Shown: positions 17,968 through 29,400 of the stretch, piece by piece | Numbering within the stretch: the first letter of the stretch is position 1 | Layout of the letters: each line of letters opens with the position of its first letter | DNA from: Anaerolineae bacterium | Lineage (GTDB): Bacteria; Chloroflexota; Anaerolineae; B4-G1; DUEL01 | Assembly (NCBI GenBank): GCA_016931695.1 | Contig: JAFGEI010000148.1 | Coordinates: 11,394-75,393 of the forward strand | DNA: 64,000 nucleotides | Direction of reading: 5' to 3' | Translations under genes and position numbers: made by a program | Notes under the pieces: model-generated | Database searches by the model: none | Told to the model about the DNA's origin: nothing | Seen by the model: only the letters and a program-made list of their open reading frames with translations

Positions 17968-19764
17968 ATGATGGACAAGATTGACCACGGACAACAAGTA
18001 GCGCACCGCTCGAGGCTGCCCTGGCGGCGGTGGTTTCAGGAACGGTGGCTCAACTGGCGGTGGTTGATCGTCGGCGCGTTGTGGTTGCTCGCTTTCGGGC
18101 TGGGATACGCCGGCTTTTCCGATTATTTTGCCCGTCTTGGCGAGAGTCGCTCGTCCCTCGACATCTTGTACCTCACCCTGCAGCTGTTCACCCTGGAATC
18201 CGGCGCCCTCTCTGGTCCCAGGGGCTGGGCACTGGAAGTTGCGCGCCTGCTGGCGCCGGCAGTCGCCGCCTATACCGCCTTCCAGGCGCTGAGCATCATC
18301 CTGGACGAGCAACTCGATCGCGTTCGCTTGCGACGTTTTCGCGATCACGTCGTGATCTGCGGCCTGGGGCGAAAGGGGTATCTGCTGGCCCAAGCGTTTC
18401 GCCGGCGGGGCGACGCGGTGGTCGTCATCGAGCTGGACGAGGATAACCCCTACATCGCGCCGTGTAAGGAGCATGGAGTCATCGTGTTGATCGGAGATGC
18501 GATGGACGACGCCATGCTCCACCAAGCGGGCGTTCCCCGGGCGGGCTATCTGATATCGGCCTGCGGCGCCGACGGCGACAGCGCCGACATTGCCGTTCGC
18601 GCTGCGGCAATGGTCAAGGATCAATCCACGAGGGTGCTGACCTGCATCTTGCACATTGTCGATCCACAGCTCTGCACGCTTCTCCGCGAGCGGGAAATCG
18701 CCGGCAACCAGTCCGAACGATTCCGGGTGAGCTTTTTCAACGTCTTTGACAGCGGCGCCCGCACCCTGCTGCGCGAGCACCCGCCGTTTGACCGCCCTGC
18801 TGGCGTCCCGGCGCATATTCTCGTCGTTGGCCTGGGACAGATGGGGGAAAACCTGGTCGTGCAGATTGCGCGGGAGTGGTACCTCCAGCGGCCGGATGCC
18901 GGCGAGCGGTTGCGGCTGACGATCGTCGATTGCGAGGCGGAGCGGAAGACGGAATCCCTCTTCCTGCGCTATCCGCAACTGGAGAAAAGCTGTGACCTGG
19001 TTGCCCACTCCATGGATGTCCGCTGGCCCGATTTCCAGCGGGCCGATTTTCTCTTTAACGCCGCAGGAGACTGTGACGTGTCGATCGCTTACGTCTGCTT
19101 TGACGACGATTCTCTGGGGTTGTCGGCGGCCCTGGTGCTGCGCCAGCGGACGCGGCAGGTGAGCATGCCCATCGTCGTGCGCATGGAGCAAGAGGCCGGA
19201 TTGGGCATGTTGCTGGGCGAGATGGACGACGGCGACGACGAATTTGAGAACTTGCGCGCCTTTGGGTTGCTGGATCGAACCTGCACGCCAGAATGGGTGC
19301 TCGGAGGGACGCGCGAGATGATTGCCCGCGCCATTCACCAGGATTATTTGCGGCGGCACGCCGCGGACCCGTCATTTGCCGACCCTGCCCGGGCGCCTTG
19401 GGAGCGGCTCTCGCCCCAGTACCAGGAATCGTGCCGCCGGCAGGCCGGTCATCTTGGCCACAAGCTCAAGGCTGTCGGCTGCGGCGTTGCCCCCCTGACC
19501 GATTGGGATGCCGAGCGGTTTGAGTTTACAGCGGGCGAGATCGAGCGTATGGCGCGGCTGGAGCACCAGCGCTGGATGGACGATCGTCTGCGCGACGGTT
19601 GGACCCTGGGCCCCCGCCGTCCAGAGAAAAAAACCAACCCTCACCTGGTATCATGGGAGCAGCTGCCGGAGGAGGTCAAGGACCTGAACCGGGATATGAT
19701 GCGCGGGCTGCCAACCTTTCTTGCCCGCGCTGGCCTGCAAATTTACCGTCTCACAGGAGTTTAG
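17968..19764 (+). CDS. Membrane protein with two TrkA-N/RCK (NAD-binding) domains and C-terminal RyR domain
   Basis: Two TM helices flanking LYLTLQLFTLE; HVVICGLGRKG and HILVVGLGQMG Rossmann motifs; ARAIHQDY...MARLEHQRW...GWTLG...NPHLVSWEQL RyR pattern. Start uncertain. Confidence 0.8.
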   Translation: MMDKIDHGQQVAHRSRLPWRRWFQERWLNWRWLIVGALWLLAFGLGYAGFSDYFARLGESRSSLDILYLTLQLFTLESGALSGPRGWALEVARLLAPAVAAYTAFQALSIILDEQLDRVRLRRFRDHVVICGLGRKGYLLAQAFRRRGDAVVVIELDEDNPYIAPCKEHGVIVLIGDAMDDAMLHQAGVPRAGYLISACGADGDSADIAVRAAAMVKDQSTRVLTCILHIVDPQLCTLLREREIAGNQSERFRVSFFNVFDSGARTLLREHPPFDRPAGVPAHILVVGLGQMGENLVVQIAREWYLQRPDAGERLRLTIVDCEAERKTESLFLRYPQLEKSCDLVAHSMDVRWPDFQRADFLFNAAGDCDVSIAYVCFDDDSLGLSAALVLRQRTRQVSMPIVVRMEQEAGLGMLLGEMDDGDDEFENLRAFGLLDRTCTPEWVLGGTREMIARAIHQDYLRRHAADPSFADPARAPWERLSPQYQESCRRQAGHLGHKLKAVGCGVAPLTDWDAERFEFTAGEIERMARLEHQRWMDDRLRDGWTLGPRRPEKKTNPHLVSWEQLPEEVKDLNRDMMRGLPTFLARAGLQIYRLTGV

Positions 19765-19765
19765 G

Positions 19766-20275
19766 ATGGAATACCAACCCCAGCCCCCGCGTGGGCGACC
19801 CGTTGCCAGTGATCCCTACTTTACGTTGATGGCTGACGAGCGCGGCATCGGATTTGTCCACTGCAGCGACGCCGTTCTTGTCGTGCCCCTGAGCGGCGAG
19901 GGCCAGGTGTTGTTGATGTCAGAGTACTCGCCCGCCTTTGGCGGCGAGGTGCTGGTTCTGCCTGGCGGTGAAATCGAGGCCGGCGAAGCGCTGGCAGAAA
20001 CGGCGAACCGCGAACTGCAAGAAGAGCTGGGCTGGCGCGCCGGGCGCCTCGATTTCATGGGCGAGCTGCGGCCATTCAAATATCTTGCCGCACGGCAGTT
20101 TGTCTTTCTGGCCCGCGACCTGTCACCGAGCCGGCTGCCGGGCGATGAACGGCACCCGATCACCGTCCGCCCGGTTGCACTCGACCGCTTCACCGACCTG
20201 TGCGCCAACGGTGAGTTGTATGATGCCAGCGCGATCGCCGCCTTGTTCCTGGTCCAGAGATATGTGGCGGCCTGA
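19766..20275 (+). CDS. NUDIX hydrolase (NudE/ADP-sugar pyrophosphatase-like)
   Basis: Nudix box GGEIEAGEALAETANRELQEELG; AGGAG RBS. Confidence 0.88.
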   Translation: MEYQPQPPRGRPVASDPYFTLMADERGIGFVHCSDAVLVVPLSGEGQVLLMSEYSPAFGGEVLVLPGGEIEAGEALAETANRELQEELGWRAGRLDFMGELRPFKYLAARQFVFLARDLSPSRLPGDERHPITVRPVALDRFTDLCANGELYDASAIAALFLVQRYVAA

Positions 20276-20334
20276 GGAAAAGTTGACTTTTTGACTGGCT
20301 GGTATACAATCGCAAAAGAAGGGGGGGGCTATCA

Positions 20335-22158
20335 TTGCTCAAGCAACTGGAACGACTGCAACGCACGATACGACTCGGCCTGCGGCTGAAACTGACCCTG
20401 CCTTACGTGGCTCTCGCCCTCGCAGTTGCCGTGGTGGGCGCCTATTTCGCTTCCCGCTTGATCTTTGATTCGCTGCAAGATCGCTTTGTCTACCAACTGC
20501 AGAGCTCGGGACGCCTGGTCAGTGAAGCCGTCGTCGAGATCGAAAACGAACAGCTGGATACCTTGCGGGCCATTGCGCACACGGCCGGGGTCGCCGAGGC
20601 GGTTGCGGCCGGCGACGCCGGAACACTGCGCGCGATTGTCCTTCCACTGAGCGTCAACCGCCGGGCGGACCTGGTGGATGTGCTGGATACCGGGGGCCAG
20701 GCAGTGTTGTCCCTGGCGCGCTCTGGCAGCACGTCCTTCGAGTATGACGTGAGCCAGGGGGCTGGCGTCTATGCCGATTGGCCCGTCGTGCAGCGGGTTT
20801 TGGCTGGCGAGTCGGACGAATTGGGGGACAAGTTCGTCGCCCTGGCCGAGTCGCCATGGGGGCCTGCCCTCTACATTGCTGGCCCCATCTACCTGCGCCA
20901 GGAGCTTGTCGGGGTCGCCCTGGTGGGCATCCGGCTCGACCAGCTGGTCCAGCAACTGCTGCTGGCGACCGGCTCCTACGTCACCATCTACGATCCAGAG
21001 GGCGCAGTTTTGACCTCGGCTCTCCCGGATGGCGACGCTGACGAACGGGCACTCACCCCGGACTTTTACCGCCACGTCCAGCAGGTTCAGGACGATACCA
21101 TGCCGACCCGCTCGTTTTCCGTGGGCGAGGTCGAGTACGGCGAGGTTTTTGGCCCCTTTGAAGCCCGCGGCGGCGAGGACCTGGCGCTTTTCTCGGCCGC
21201 CTTGGAGCCCAACATCATCGTGCGCGCCAGCCCCATTACCCAGGCCGGGCTGGCTGTCGTCGTCGCCGTGCTGTTCTTGTTCGTCATCTTGATCGGTACA
21301 ATGCTGGCCCGTTCCATTACCCGCCACCTCTTGTCTCTCGTCCACGCCTCGCAGCGGGTTGCCCAAGGCGACCTGAGTCCCGACGTCCGCGTGCGGACCG
21401 GGGACGAGGTGGAAGAGCTGGCAACCTCGTTCAACGAGATGGTCCGCCAGCTGCGCGAGGCCAGCCGCATGCAGGACATTTTTGGCCGTACGGTCTCACC
21501 GCAGGTGGCGGAAGAACTGCTGCGCAAGGGACTCGAGTTGGGCGGCGAGACGCGCGAGGTCACGGTGCTCTTTTCCGACATCCGGGGTTTCAGTACCATT
21601 TCCGAGTACCAGAGCCCGCAGGAGATTGTGGCCTGGATCAACGAGTACATGACCGAGATGGAGCTGGCGATTCGCGGCTGGGGTGGGGTGATCACCCGCT
21701 TTGTCGGCGATGCGATTGTGGCGACCTTTAATGCCCCGGGCGAACAGCCGGACCATCCCCACCGGGCGGTCCGCGCTGCACTGGCCATGTGCAGCCGGCT
21801 GGACAACCTGAATCGGTTGCGCGCTGACCGCGGCGATGCCCCCATCTGCCATGGCATTGGCATCGGCACGGGCAGGGCGGTTGCCGGCCGCATCGGCTCG
21901 CCGGACCGGGCGGAGTATACCGTCATTGGCGATGCGGTGAATGTCGCCTCTCGCCTTCAGGATCTGACCAAGCAATACCAGGATCAGGGTATGTCAATTC
22001 TCGCCCCGAGCGCTACCGTTGAACGGCTGGAACAGAGGGACGATCTCGACATTTCTGACCTGGGCGAGGTCCAGGTCAAGGGGCGGGAGCAGCCGGTCCG
22101 GGTCTATGGCATCTCTTCCAAGGACGGTGGCGGTGGACGTGCAGGAAAAGCGCACTAG
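20335..22158 (+). CDS. Membrane class III adenylate/guanylate cyclase (TM - Cache-like sensor - TM - HAMP - cyclase)
   Basis: [45 protein letters not shown]. Confidence 0.9.
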   Translation: MLKQLERLQRTIRLGLRLKLTLPYVALALAVAVVGAYFASRLIFDSLQDRFVYQLQSSGRLVSEAVVEIENEQLDTLRAIAHTAGVAEAVAAGDAGTLRAIVLPLSVNRRADLVDVLDTGGQAVLSLARSGSTSFEYDVSQGAGVYADWPVVQRVLAGESDELGDKFVALAESPWGPALYIAGPIYLRQELVGVALVGIRLDQLVQQLLLATGSYVTIYDPEGAVLTSALPDGDADERALTPDFYRHVQQVQDDTMPTRSFSVGEVEYGEVFGPFEARGGEDLALFSAALEPNIIVRASPITQAGLAVVVAVLFLFVILIGTMLARSITRHLLSLVHASQRVAQGDLSPDVRVRTGDEVEELATSFNEMVRQLREASRMQDIFGRTVSPQVAEELLRKGLELGGETREVTVLFSDIRGFSTISEYQSPQEIVAWINEYMTEMELAIRGWGGVITRFVGDAIVATFNAPGEQPDHPHRAVRAALAMCSRLDNLNRLRADRGDAPICHGIGIGTGRAVAGRIGSPDRAEYTVIGDAVNVASRLQDLTKQYQDQGMSILAPSATVERLEQRDDLDISDLGEVQVKGREQPVRVYGISSKDGGGGRAGKAH

Positions 22159-23302
22159 AAGGGTGTGGCTGCCCTTGCTTACCCTTTTGATCCTGCTGCT
22201 TGTTATTCTCTGTATCTTTGGCGCAGTATGGCGCGGATTTGCCGGCGACCTGGCAGAGGCGTATCCTGGTAGCCTGCGCGCGGCGCGGCAAGCGGATTAT
22301 GGGGTTGATCCCTATGCTATCGCGCTGGCCCCCTTGAACCCATCCCTGATCCGCGATGTGATCGAGGACGAATCACCCGTCGATGCACCGGCCATGGAGG
22401 CCACAATGACCGCCGTTTGGGCTGCGCCGGTACCTAGCGTCACCCCCGATCTTGCTCTTCCCTGGCCCACCTCAGCGCCCTCTTCGCCCACTCCTCGCCC
22501 CAGCCCCACGGCGACGCGGACGCCGACCGCGACTCCAACGCCGACGCCCACCGCGACTCCCACGGCAACCCCCACCCCGACGCCCACGGCAACCCTTCCT
22601 CCGCTGCCTACTTTTACCGCCACTCCCATCGTTCCGACGCTCCCGCCGCTTCCTACCGCGCCGCCGCCGGAAACCCGGACGCCATCTCCCACCCCGTCCC
22701 CCACGGCGACGGCTACTCCTACCCCGACGCCGACGCATACCCCGACGCCCACGGCAACCCATACTCCCACACCCACGCCGACCGCGACGTTTACCCCGAC
22801 GCCCATCCCGCTGTACGATTATTCCGATGGGCGGGCTGCTGCCGGTTCCAATTTCGTGACGGTTTACTCTCCCCGTTCGCTGCCGGTGTCGGCCCGGCTT
22901 GGCCCCGGCGTCGATGTCGAGGCCGCGGCGGATTGGGAGGACGGGTTTGACGATGGCATCACCGTGAACGGGCAGCCGCTGGACGGCGCTGTGCTGACGC
23001 GCGGTCAGGATTACCTGTTTACGGTGAACGTTCAATGTAGCCAAAACGGGGCCCAGTTCCGCTTGTGGGCAGACTGGGATGGCGCAGGGGCTGGCGGCCC
23101 GTCGTCGCTGTATTACGTCAGCTATATCCTCTGCAATTCCAGCCACACGTTTCAAATCGTGGTTCCGAACAGCGCTGCGTCCGAGGTCTTTTTGCGGGCC
23201 TATGGCACGTATTATATTACCGACCTGGGGGAGGGGGATTGGGCCAGCAACGAGGACTTGGGGGAAGTGGAGGACTATTGGGTACAGACGACTGCCCCGT
23301 GA
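22127..23302 (+). CDS. Membrane-anchored Pro/Thr-linker protein with C-terminal GEVED domain
   Basis: N-terminal TM ([19 protein letters not shown]), long PT repeat, LWADWDG, terminal GEVEDY. GTG start inferred; overlaps the cyclase 3' end. Confidence 0.7.
   Translation: MAVDVQEKRTRRVWLPLLTLLILLLVILCIFGAVWRGFAGDLAEAYPGSLRAARQADYGVDPYAIALAPLNPSLIRDVIEDESPVDAPAMEATMTAVWAAPVPSVTPDLALPWPTSAPSSPTPRPSPTATRTPTATPTPTPTATPTATPTPTPTATLPPLPTFTATPIVPTLPPLPTAPPPETRTPSPTPSPTATATPTPTPTHTPTPTATHTPTPTPTATFTPTPIPLYDYSDGRAAAGSNFVTVYSPRSLPVSARLGPGVDVEAAADWEDGFDDGITVNGQPLDGAVLTRGQDYLFTVNVQCSQNGAQFRLWADWDGAGAGGPSSLYYVSYILCNSSHTFQIVVPNSAASEVFLRAYGTYYITDLGEGDWASNEDLGEVEDYWVQTTAP
22490..22810 (+). repeat. Low-complexity coding repeat (Pro-Thr linker)
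   Basis: Iterated CCN-ACN codons encoding TPTATPTPT... Confidence 0.9.
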
Positions 23303-23413
23303 CGTGCAACTCGCCAGGCCTCCATCCTTCTACTCTCTGCGCTGGGGAAAAGTATCCGCGTGTATTCGAAAGCTGGCTCAGGCGTACGTTTTGCCTGTAG
23401 GGGGATAGAGAAG

Positions 23414-26400
23414 ATGAACGCGCGTAGGCTGGCCGGTTTGTTTGTTATCTTGGCTGCATTGCTCGGTTTTTTGCCTGTCACCGATGCGGCCTTTGTGGCG
23501 GTTTCCCCGACTCCCGCTGGAGAGGCGCCCGCGGCACAGATCGACGTGAATTGCACGCTGCTGGACGACCCTCACACCCGGGGTATGATGTCGTTTGCCC
23601 TGGAACAAAAGCTCTTACTGCTCTGTGGCCGCTTGCAAGATTCGCCTCGGGGCGGCACCGCTGCCCCGGTTGCGGATGGCGAGATACTGCGCTCTGACGA
23701 CGTTCTGGTCAACGACCCGGCGGGCGACGTCGGCTTGTCCACCACCCAGAGCGGCACGACGATCGCCGTCAATCCTGACACCGGCGTGGTCTGCTCCGCC
23801 TATAACGACTCGCAGCACTGGGCCGAAGGCAATGTTTCCTTCACTGGCTTTAGCCGCTCTGTCGATGGCGGGGCGAGTTTTGTCGACCGCGGGCCCTTCC
23901 CGATTGGGGATGGCGGCAGCAGCATGGGCCTTCCCAGTCTCTCCTGGCGGGACGCGGATGGCTATTTCTACTATTTGTCGCTCCACACCAGCGGCCTGGG
24001 GCTCTGGCGCTCTACCGACGACTGCAACACGTTTTCTTTCTATAACGTGATTCACGTCGGCCCGTATGACGACAAGGCGATGATGGTCGTCGACAACAAC
24101 CTTGCTTCCCCTTACTATGGCCGGTTCTATGTCGCGTGGACCGATTTCAGCGACGGGCGCATCTATCTCATCTATTCCGACGATGGGATTGCCTGGTCTC
24201 CCCCGCTTGCTCTGAGCGTGATTGGCGCGGACGTGCAGGGGGCGTGGCCGGCGGTGGCGCCGAATGGCGACGTTTACGTCGCCTGGCTGCGCTGGAATCC
24301 CTACCCCAACGGGCCAATCGCCGTCGAGATGGTATCTTCTGCCGACGGCGGGAACAGCTTTTCGTTTGCTTCTTCCCCGATGGTGGGCCAGGTCAACCCC
24401 CGCGATAGCTTTGCCACTGCCCTGTGTGGTCGCCCTGCCCTCAACGGCGAAATCCGCTACGCGCCGTTCCCCCAAATTGCCATTGGGCCCGACGGCTGTA
24501 TCCACGCCGTCTATTCTTACGACCCTGACGGGTTCAACTTTGGCGACGTGGTCAACGTCTATTACCGCCGCTCGTGCGACGGCGGGATGAGCTGGTCCGC
24601 CGAATTGCAGTTGAACCAGGACGAGACTGGGACCGACCAGTGGTCGCCGACGATCAGCGTAGGGCCGACCAACACCGTCGCTGCCACCTGGTACGACCGG
24701 CGGCAGGACTCGCTCGGCAACTGGTGGTTCGATTACTATGGCGCCTTTTCCGGCGATGGCGGGATGACCTGGCTGAGCGATATCCGGATCACGGACGATT
24801 CGTCGCCCGTGGCGCCCCTGTTGCCCAACTTTGACCCGCTCGTCCTGAACTGTTACCACGGCGATTATGACCAGCAAGTGCAGGCAGTCGATTCGATCTA
24901 TGTTCAGTGGTCCAATGACGTCAATGTGCAGAACTTGCACGCCGATCCTGACGCCTGGTTTGCGCGATACTCCCTCGCGCCGGATTTTACTCTCGAGGTG
25001 GAGCCCGACTATCACGACGTCTGCAAGCCCGATCAGGTGTTCTCGACGATCAGCGTCGGCTCTTTTAACGGTTATGACGAGCCGGTGACGCTGAGCGAAA
25101 GCAGCTTGCCGACCGGCGTGAACGCTTCGTTTAGCGACAACCCGGTTTTTCCTCTGCCCGGCCTCTCGATCTATACGCTCGACGTCAGCGCGACGACGGC
25201 CGAAGGTCTCTATACCGTGGTGATCAGCGGTACAAGCCTTTCTCTCACCCACCGGGTGACGCTCACCCTGGCCGTGAACAGCGTCATCCCCAGCTCGGCG
25301 ACCATGCTCACCCCAGTGGATGGCGCAAGCGAGCTTCCCCTGGTCGGCATCGTTTTTGATTGGGCTGCGCTGCCCGAAGCGACGGCCTACCGCTTCCAGC
25401 TGGACGACGACCCCGCTTTTGGCTCGCCCGAGGTCGATGCGGTGGACGTTCGCGCCAGCGAATACTACGTCTTTGGCCCATTTGCACCCCTGACGACCCA
25501 TTACTGGCGTGTCAGCGCGTCCAACGGTTGTGGAGAGGGCCCCTTTTCCGCCCCCTTTTCCTTTACCACTCAAGCGGCGGCTTGCATCCTGATGGTGGAC
25601 GACGACCAGGATTTGCCGGACGTGCAAGCCTACTATGTCGGCGCCTTGCAAAACCTGGGCTATACCTACGACGTGTGGGATACGAGCACGATGGGCGACC
25701 CGCCGCTGGCCCACTTGTCGGGTTATCCCCACGTCATCTGGGCCACGGGCTACCCCTGGGTCGATACGCTCAATGCGGCGAACGAGGCGGCCCTGGCCGG
25801 CTACCTGGACGGCGGGGGGAATCTCTTTCTCTCCAGCGAGGATTATCTTTTTGAAGCTGGACTGTCGCCTTTTGCCCAGCACTACCTGGGGCTCGCCAGT
25901 TACGCCAATGACGTCAACTATACCGATCCGGTGGGGAACGCCGGCGCACCGATCGGCGATGGCCTGGGCCCGTACGTGCTGGTGCCTCCCGCGGGGTGGC
26001 CGGGCAATTTTTACACGGACGAGGTGGCAGGGGCGCAGCCCGCCCCCTTCCGCTGGCTGGCTGCCGGCACGGATAACTCGACGACCTTGATCAGCGATAC
26101 TTACAAGACTGCCTTTTTGGCCTGGCCACTGGAGGGGCTGGCCGACCTGGCCGCGCGCACCGAGGTCCTTTCGGAGACGATCGCCTGGTTTGGCGGCTGC
26201 AGCGCGTCGGGCTACCTGGCGGGCTATGTGCGGGACGGGGAGATGGGAGGGGCGAATCCCCCCTGCACCACGGCGGTGGTCTATGTGGAGCCGCTCGGGC
26301 GGGAGGTGCCGGTCAATATGGCGACCGGTTACTATCACGCCAGCTTGCTGCCCGGCAATTACGTCGTCGAGGCGACTGCGCCTGGCCATTCTTGGGAGAG

Positions 26401-29400
26401 CGCTGGCGTGACGGTCGTCGATGGCGTGACGACTACCCAGGATTTTGAGCTGTGGCGCCCGTGGATCGAGATCACACCGACCGGGTTTGTCTCTGTCACC
26501 GTCCCCATGGGGCCGCCGGTGGTTGGGACGTTGTGGATCACCAACTATGGTCACCTGCCCCTCGATTATTCCATCTGGGAGCTGCCCTGGGGCGGCGCGT
26601 TGTTGTCCGACCGCCCGCTGCCCGCGATCACGACGCTGCGCCAGGAACGGGACGGCGCCGCGGTGGTCGAACCGCAGCTCCTGGCGGAAATCGCCGCGGC
26701 GGGAGAGAGCGACTTTTTTGTCTGGCTGGTGGAAAGGGCGGACCTGAGCCCGGCCCACGACCTGGCGACCAAGGAGCAAAAGGGCTGGTACGTCTTTACC
26801 GCCCTGACCGCGGTCGCCGAGCGCACCCAGGCACCGCTGCGCCAGTATCTCGACCGGCAGGGCGTGGCGTACGAGCCCTTTTACATCGCCAACAAGGTCC
26901 TGGTGCGCGGCGGCGACGAGACGCTGTTGCTCAACCTCGCCAGCCGCCCGGACGTCCTGCGCATCACCGCGAATCACATCTACCATCTCGACCCCTCGCT
27001 CCTCGGCGGGGTTCCCGACCAAGGGCCGCAGCCGGACGCTGTCGAGCCCAACATTGCCTTTATCCGGGCCGACCAGGCCTGGGCGTTGGGCTATGATGGA
27101 ACCGGTACGGTGATGGGCAACAACGACACCGGCATCGACGAGACCCATCCGGCCCTGGCCTCTCACTACCGCGGCTGCCTCGATCCGCCGGCTTGCTCCA
27201 TTTGGGACCACAACTATAGTTGGTGGGACGCGACTGGCACCTATCCGGTCAATCCCAACGACGGTCTGGGCCACGGCACGTATACCACGGGCGTGATGGT
27301 CGGTGACGACGGCGGGGTGAACCAGATTGGCGTTGCCCCGGGCGCGCGAACGATCCATTGCAAGGCCTTGGACGACAGCGGCGGCGGGAGTGATGTGACT
27401 CTCACCGAGTGTTTCCAGTGGGACCTGGCGCCGTGGAACTTGAGCGGGGACAACCCGAATCCCTTGCTGTCTCCCGATGCACTCAACAATTCCTGGGGGT
27501 ATATGAACGGGGGCGCGCCGCAGTTCAAGGACGAGATCCAGGCCCTGCACGCGGCGGGTATCCTGGTCGAGGTTGCGTCGGGCGTCGAGGGGCCCAGCTG
27601 CGCCACGCTGCGCTCGCCAGCCGATTATTGGGAGCCGCTGACCACTGGCTCGGTCGACCCTTCGACCGGCTATCCGGGCACCATCAGCGCGTTCAGCAGC
27701 CGCGGCCCTTCGATGATGGATTCGACCTATTGGTTTCCCGACGTCGTGGCCCCGGGAGAGAACATTCGCTCCAGCTGGCTTGGCGGCGGCTACAACTCGA
27801 TGAGCGGCACGTCGGCCTCCGGCCCCCACGCCACGGCCCTCGTCGCCCTTTGCTGGGATGCCGCGCCGCTGCTGCGCGGCCATGTGGAAGAGACGATTCA
27901 CGTCATCACCAGCACGGTCACTCCGCTGACCGGGCAGTTTGGCTCTAACTGCGGCGGCGACTATACCACCGGCCCCAACCACGACTGGGGCTGGGGCAGC
28001 GTCGACGCCTTGGCGCTGGCCCAGGAGTGCTTTGCTCGCGGCGGGCTGGCCGACCTGCCGTGGGTCTGGACGAACCCGGTATCTGGCGCCGTCCCTGGCC
28101 CGGGCCTGCAGCCGGTCGACGTCACTGTCTGGTGCACCGAGACCGGTGAGCTGAGCGGGACGTTGGGGATCGCGCACAACGACCCCTGCCGCGAGCCGGT
28201 CGCCGTGCCGCTGTGGATTCACTGCGTTTGTGCCCATGGAGTGAACGTGACACCGGCGATGGACGCGCGGGCGGGAGAACCCGGCGCGACGGTGGTCTAT
28301 ACGCTGACCGTGGTCAACAGCGGCACCTGCACGGATACGTTTGACCTTACGCTGAGCGGCCATTCCTGGCCGACTATCGCCCCGACCACCGTGGGGCCAC
28401 TGGCGCCGGGGGCCGGCGACAGCCTGGGCGTGGTGGTAGAGATTCCGGTGGATGCTTTGTGTGGCGAGTGGGACGAGGCGGTCGTCACGGTCGCTTCCCA
28501 CTTTGAGCCGGGGGTCGCAGTCAGCAGCGTACTGACCACGTCGGCCGGTGCGGTTTATAGCGTCACCCTCGACCAGCCGGCAGACCTCCGCTGGGGCGAC
28601 CCCGGCAGCGACGTACATTACTTTTTGATCGTCACCAACAGCGGCAACTGTACTGACACCGTCAACATTTCGGCCGCTGCAACGTGGCCAACGGCGGTGG
28701 TGCCGGCTGTCGGGCCGTTGGCTCCCGGCGCCAGCGCCGGGGTGGACATCACGGTGACGGTGCCCGCCGATGCCCAGTGCGGCGAGTGGGACGAAGCCAC
28801 GGTTACTTTTGCCTCTCAGGCGGATGGTTCCATATCGACCAGCAGCCTGTTGACCACGCTGGCAAACGCGGTGGCAGGCGTGGCGGTCGTCCCCCCGGCG
28901 GACAGCCAGGGCGGCGACCCCGGCGCGACGGTGACCTACGCCCTGGCGCTGACCAACACCGGCAATTGCAGCGATACGTTTGCCATTGTCGTGAGCGGCA
29001 ATCTCTGGCCGACCGCCGCGCCGCCTGCTGTCGGGCCGCTGCAGGCGCAGGAAGCGCATCTTGTCGGGGTCACAGTGACCATCCCCGGCGACGCTCTGCC
29101 CTACGAATTTGACGTTGCCGTGGTCACGTTTTCCTCGAGCCAGGGCGGCAAGGGCGCCTATGTTACCAGTACGCTGACGACGACCGTCAATTGCGAGGCA
29201 GTGTCCGGCGCCGATTTTGTCTACACGCCGTCGCTGCCCTTGGCCGGGGAGACAGTGGTCTTTACCGGCGTGGTCGCGGCGGGAACGTCCCCGCTGACCT
29301 ACACCTGGGATTTTGGCGATGGCGCGACGGGTATGGGGGCGGTTGTCAGCCACAGCTACGAGCTCAGTGGAACGTTTTACGTGGTCGTGACCGCTACCAA

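Noticed and set aside
22490..22810. Tandem repeats as a possible CRISPR array or VNTR
   Set aside because: These are degenerate Pro-Thr codons inside a CDS, with no constant repeat/spacer structure and no cas genes. The same holds near 36100-36200.
23615..29353. 1912-aa antisense ORF
   Set aside because: It mirrors the S8 protease gene on the opposite strand and has no motifs. High-GC codon bias suppresses antisense stop codons. The same applies to the many other overlapping ORFs in the track.
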